A stretch of 64,000 nucleotides of DNA, from the NCBI GenBank assembly GCA_965649765.1, contig OZ287748.1, forward strand, positions 24,738,001-24,802,000. Direction: 5' to 3'. Positions 63,570 to 64,000 of this stretch are shown here, in pieces. The position numbers and the translations under genes are program-made. Under the pieces are notes generated by a model that saw only the letters and a program-made list of their open reading frames with translations, did no database searches and had not been told where the DNA came from. Positions within the stretch are counted from its first letter, which is position 1; the number at the start of each line of letters is the position of its first letter. The DNA comes from Bispira polyomma (taxonomy: Eukaryota).

Positions 63570-64000
63570 ATTCGGTGTCCCTCAAAGTTCTGTCCTTGAG
63601 CCCATTTTGTTTTCACTGTACACCCCCCTTGCAAATGTAATATCCTCGCACCAAAATATCAGCTATCACTTCTATGCAGATGACACAGAGATCTACTGCT
63701 CCATCAGTATTGAAAATTGTTCCCAGGTCCTAGAATAGCTTTCTTGCTGCCTGACTTCGATTAAATCTTAGATAGGTAATCTAAAATTACTGAATTCCTA
63801 CTTATCGGCTCCAAACATCAAAAGGAAAAGATCCTTGACTTCTTTCCTACTACTCTCTTTGGTAATAGCACCGTTCCTGCTGACAATGCGAAGAACATAG
63901 GAGTCATTTTTGACTCTGACTTCTCCTTGTCTCCAATATCTGTCATTCCTGCTATTGCAACTCACTTCTATATGGAATTAAGCTGGGCCAAATAAAAAAG
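63570..64000 (+). mobile_element. Decayed L2-clade LINE RT fragment
   Basis: [39 protein letters not shown] with stops. Matches the 36750-36870 fragment. Confidence 0.88.

Overview
AT-rich, intron-rich animal genomic DNA, not prokaryotic. The SINE types suggest a lophotrochozoan, probably a mollusc (inference). By hand-assembling GT-AG exons I can support three spliced genes. (1) A 9-exon + strand gene (10789-24580, ~1163 aa) with about 20 ankyrin repeats and a Ser/Pro-rich tail that carries PTAP, PPPY and a C-terminal ETTC motif. (2) A 6-exon - strand gene (50359-41819, ~515 aa) for a secreted Cys-rich mosaic protein: signal peptide, two 8-Cys-type TIL-like domains, four full and one half copy of a Cys repeat I do not recognise, and a pacifastin-like domain with predicted P1 Arg. 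This is the best candidate for an undescribed system. (3) A 4-exon + strand RERG/RASL11/RASL12-like small GTPase (58051-62584, ~233 aa) with degenerate G2/G3 motifs. A probable first coding exon of a fourth gene lies at the left edge (- strand). The rest holds a young 5'-truncated L2-clade LINE, older LINE fragments, tRNA-derived SINEs, many MITEs (hAT-, Harbinger- and pogo-like, some nested), minisatellites and local tandem duplications. All models are manual; no database search or RNA evidence was used.
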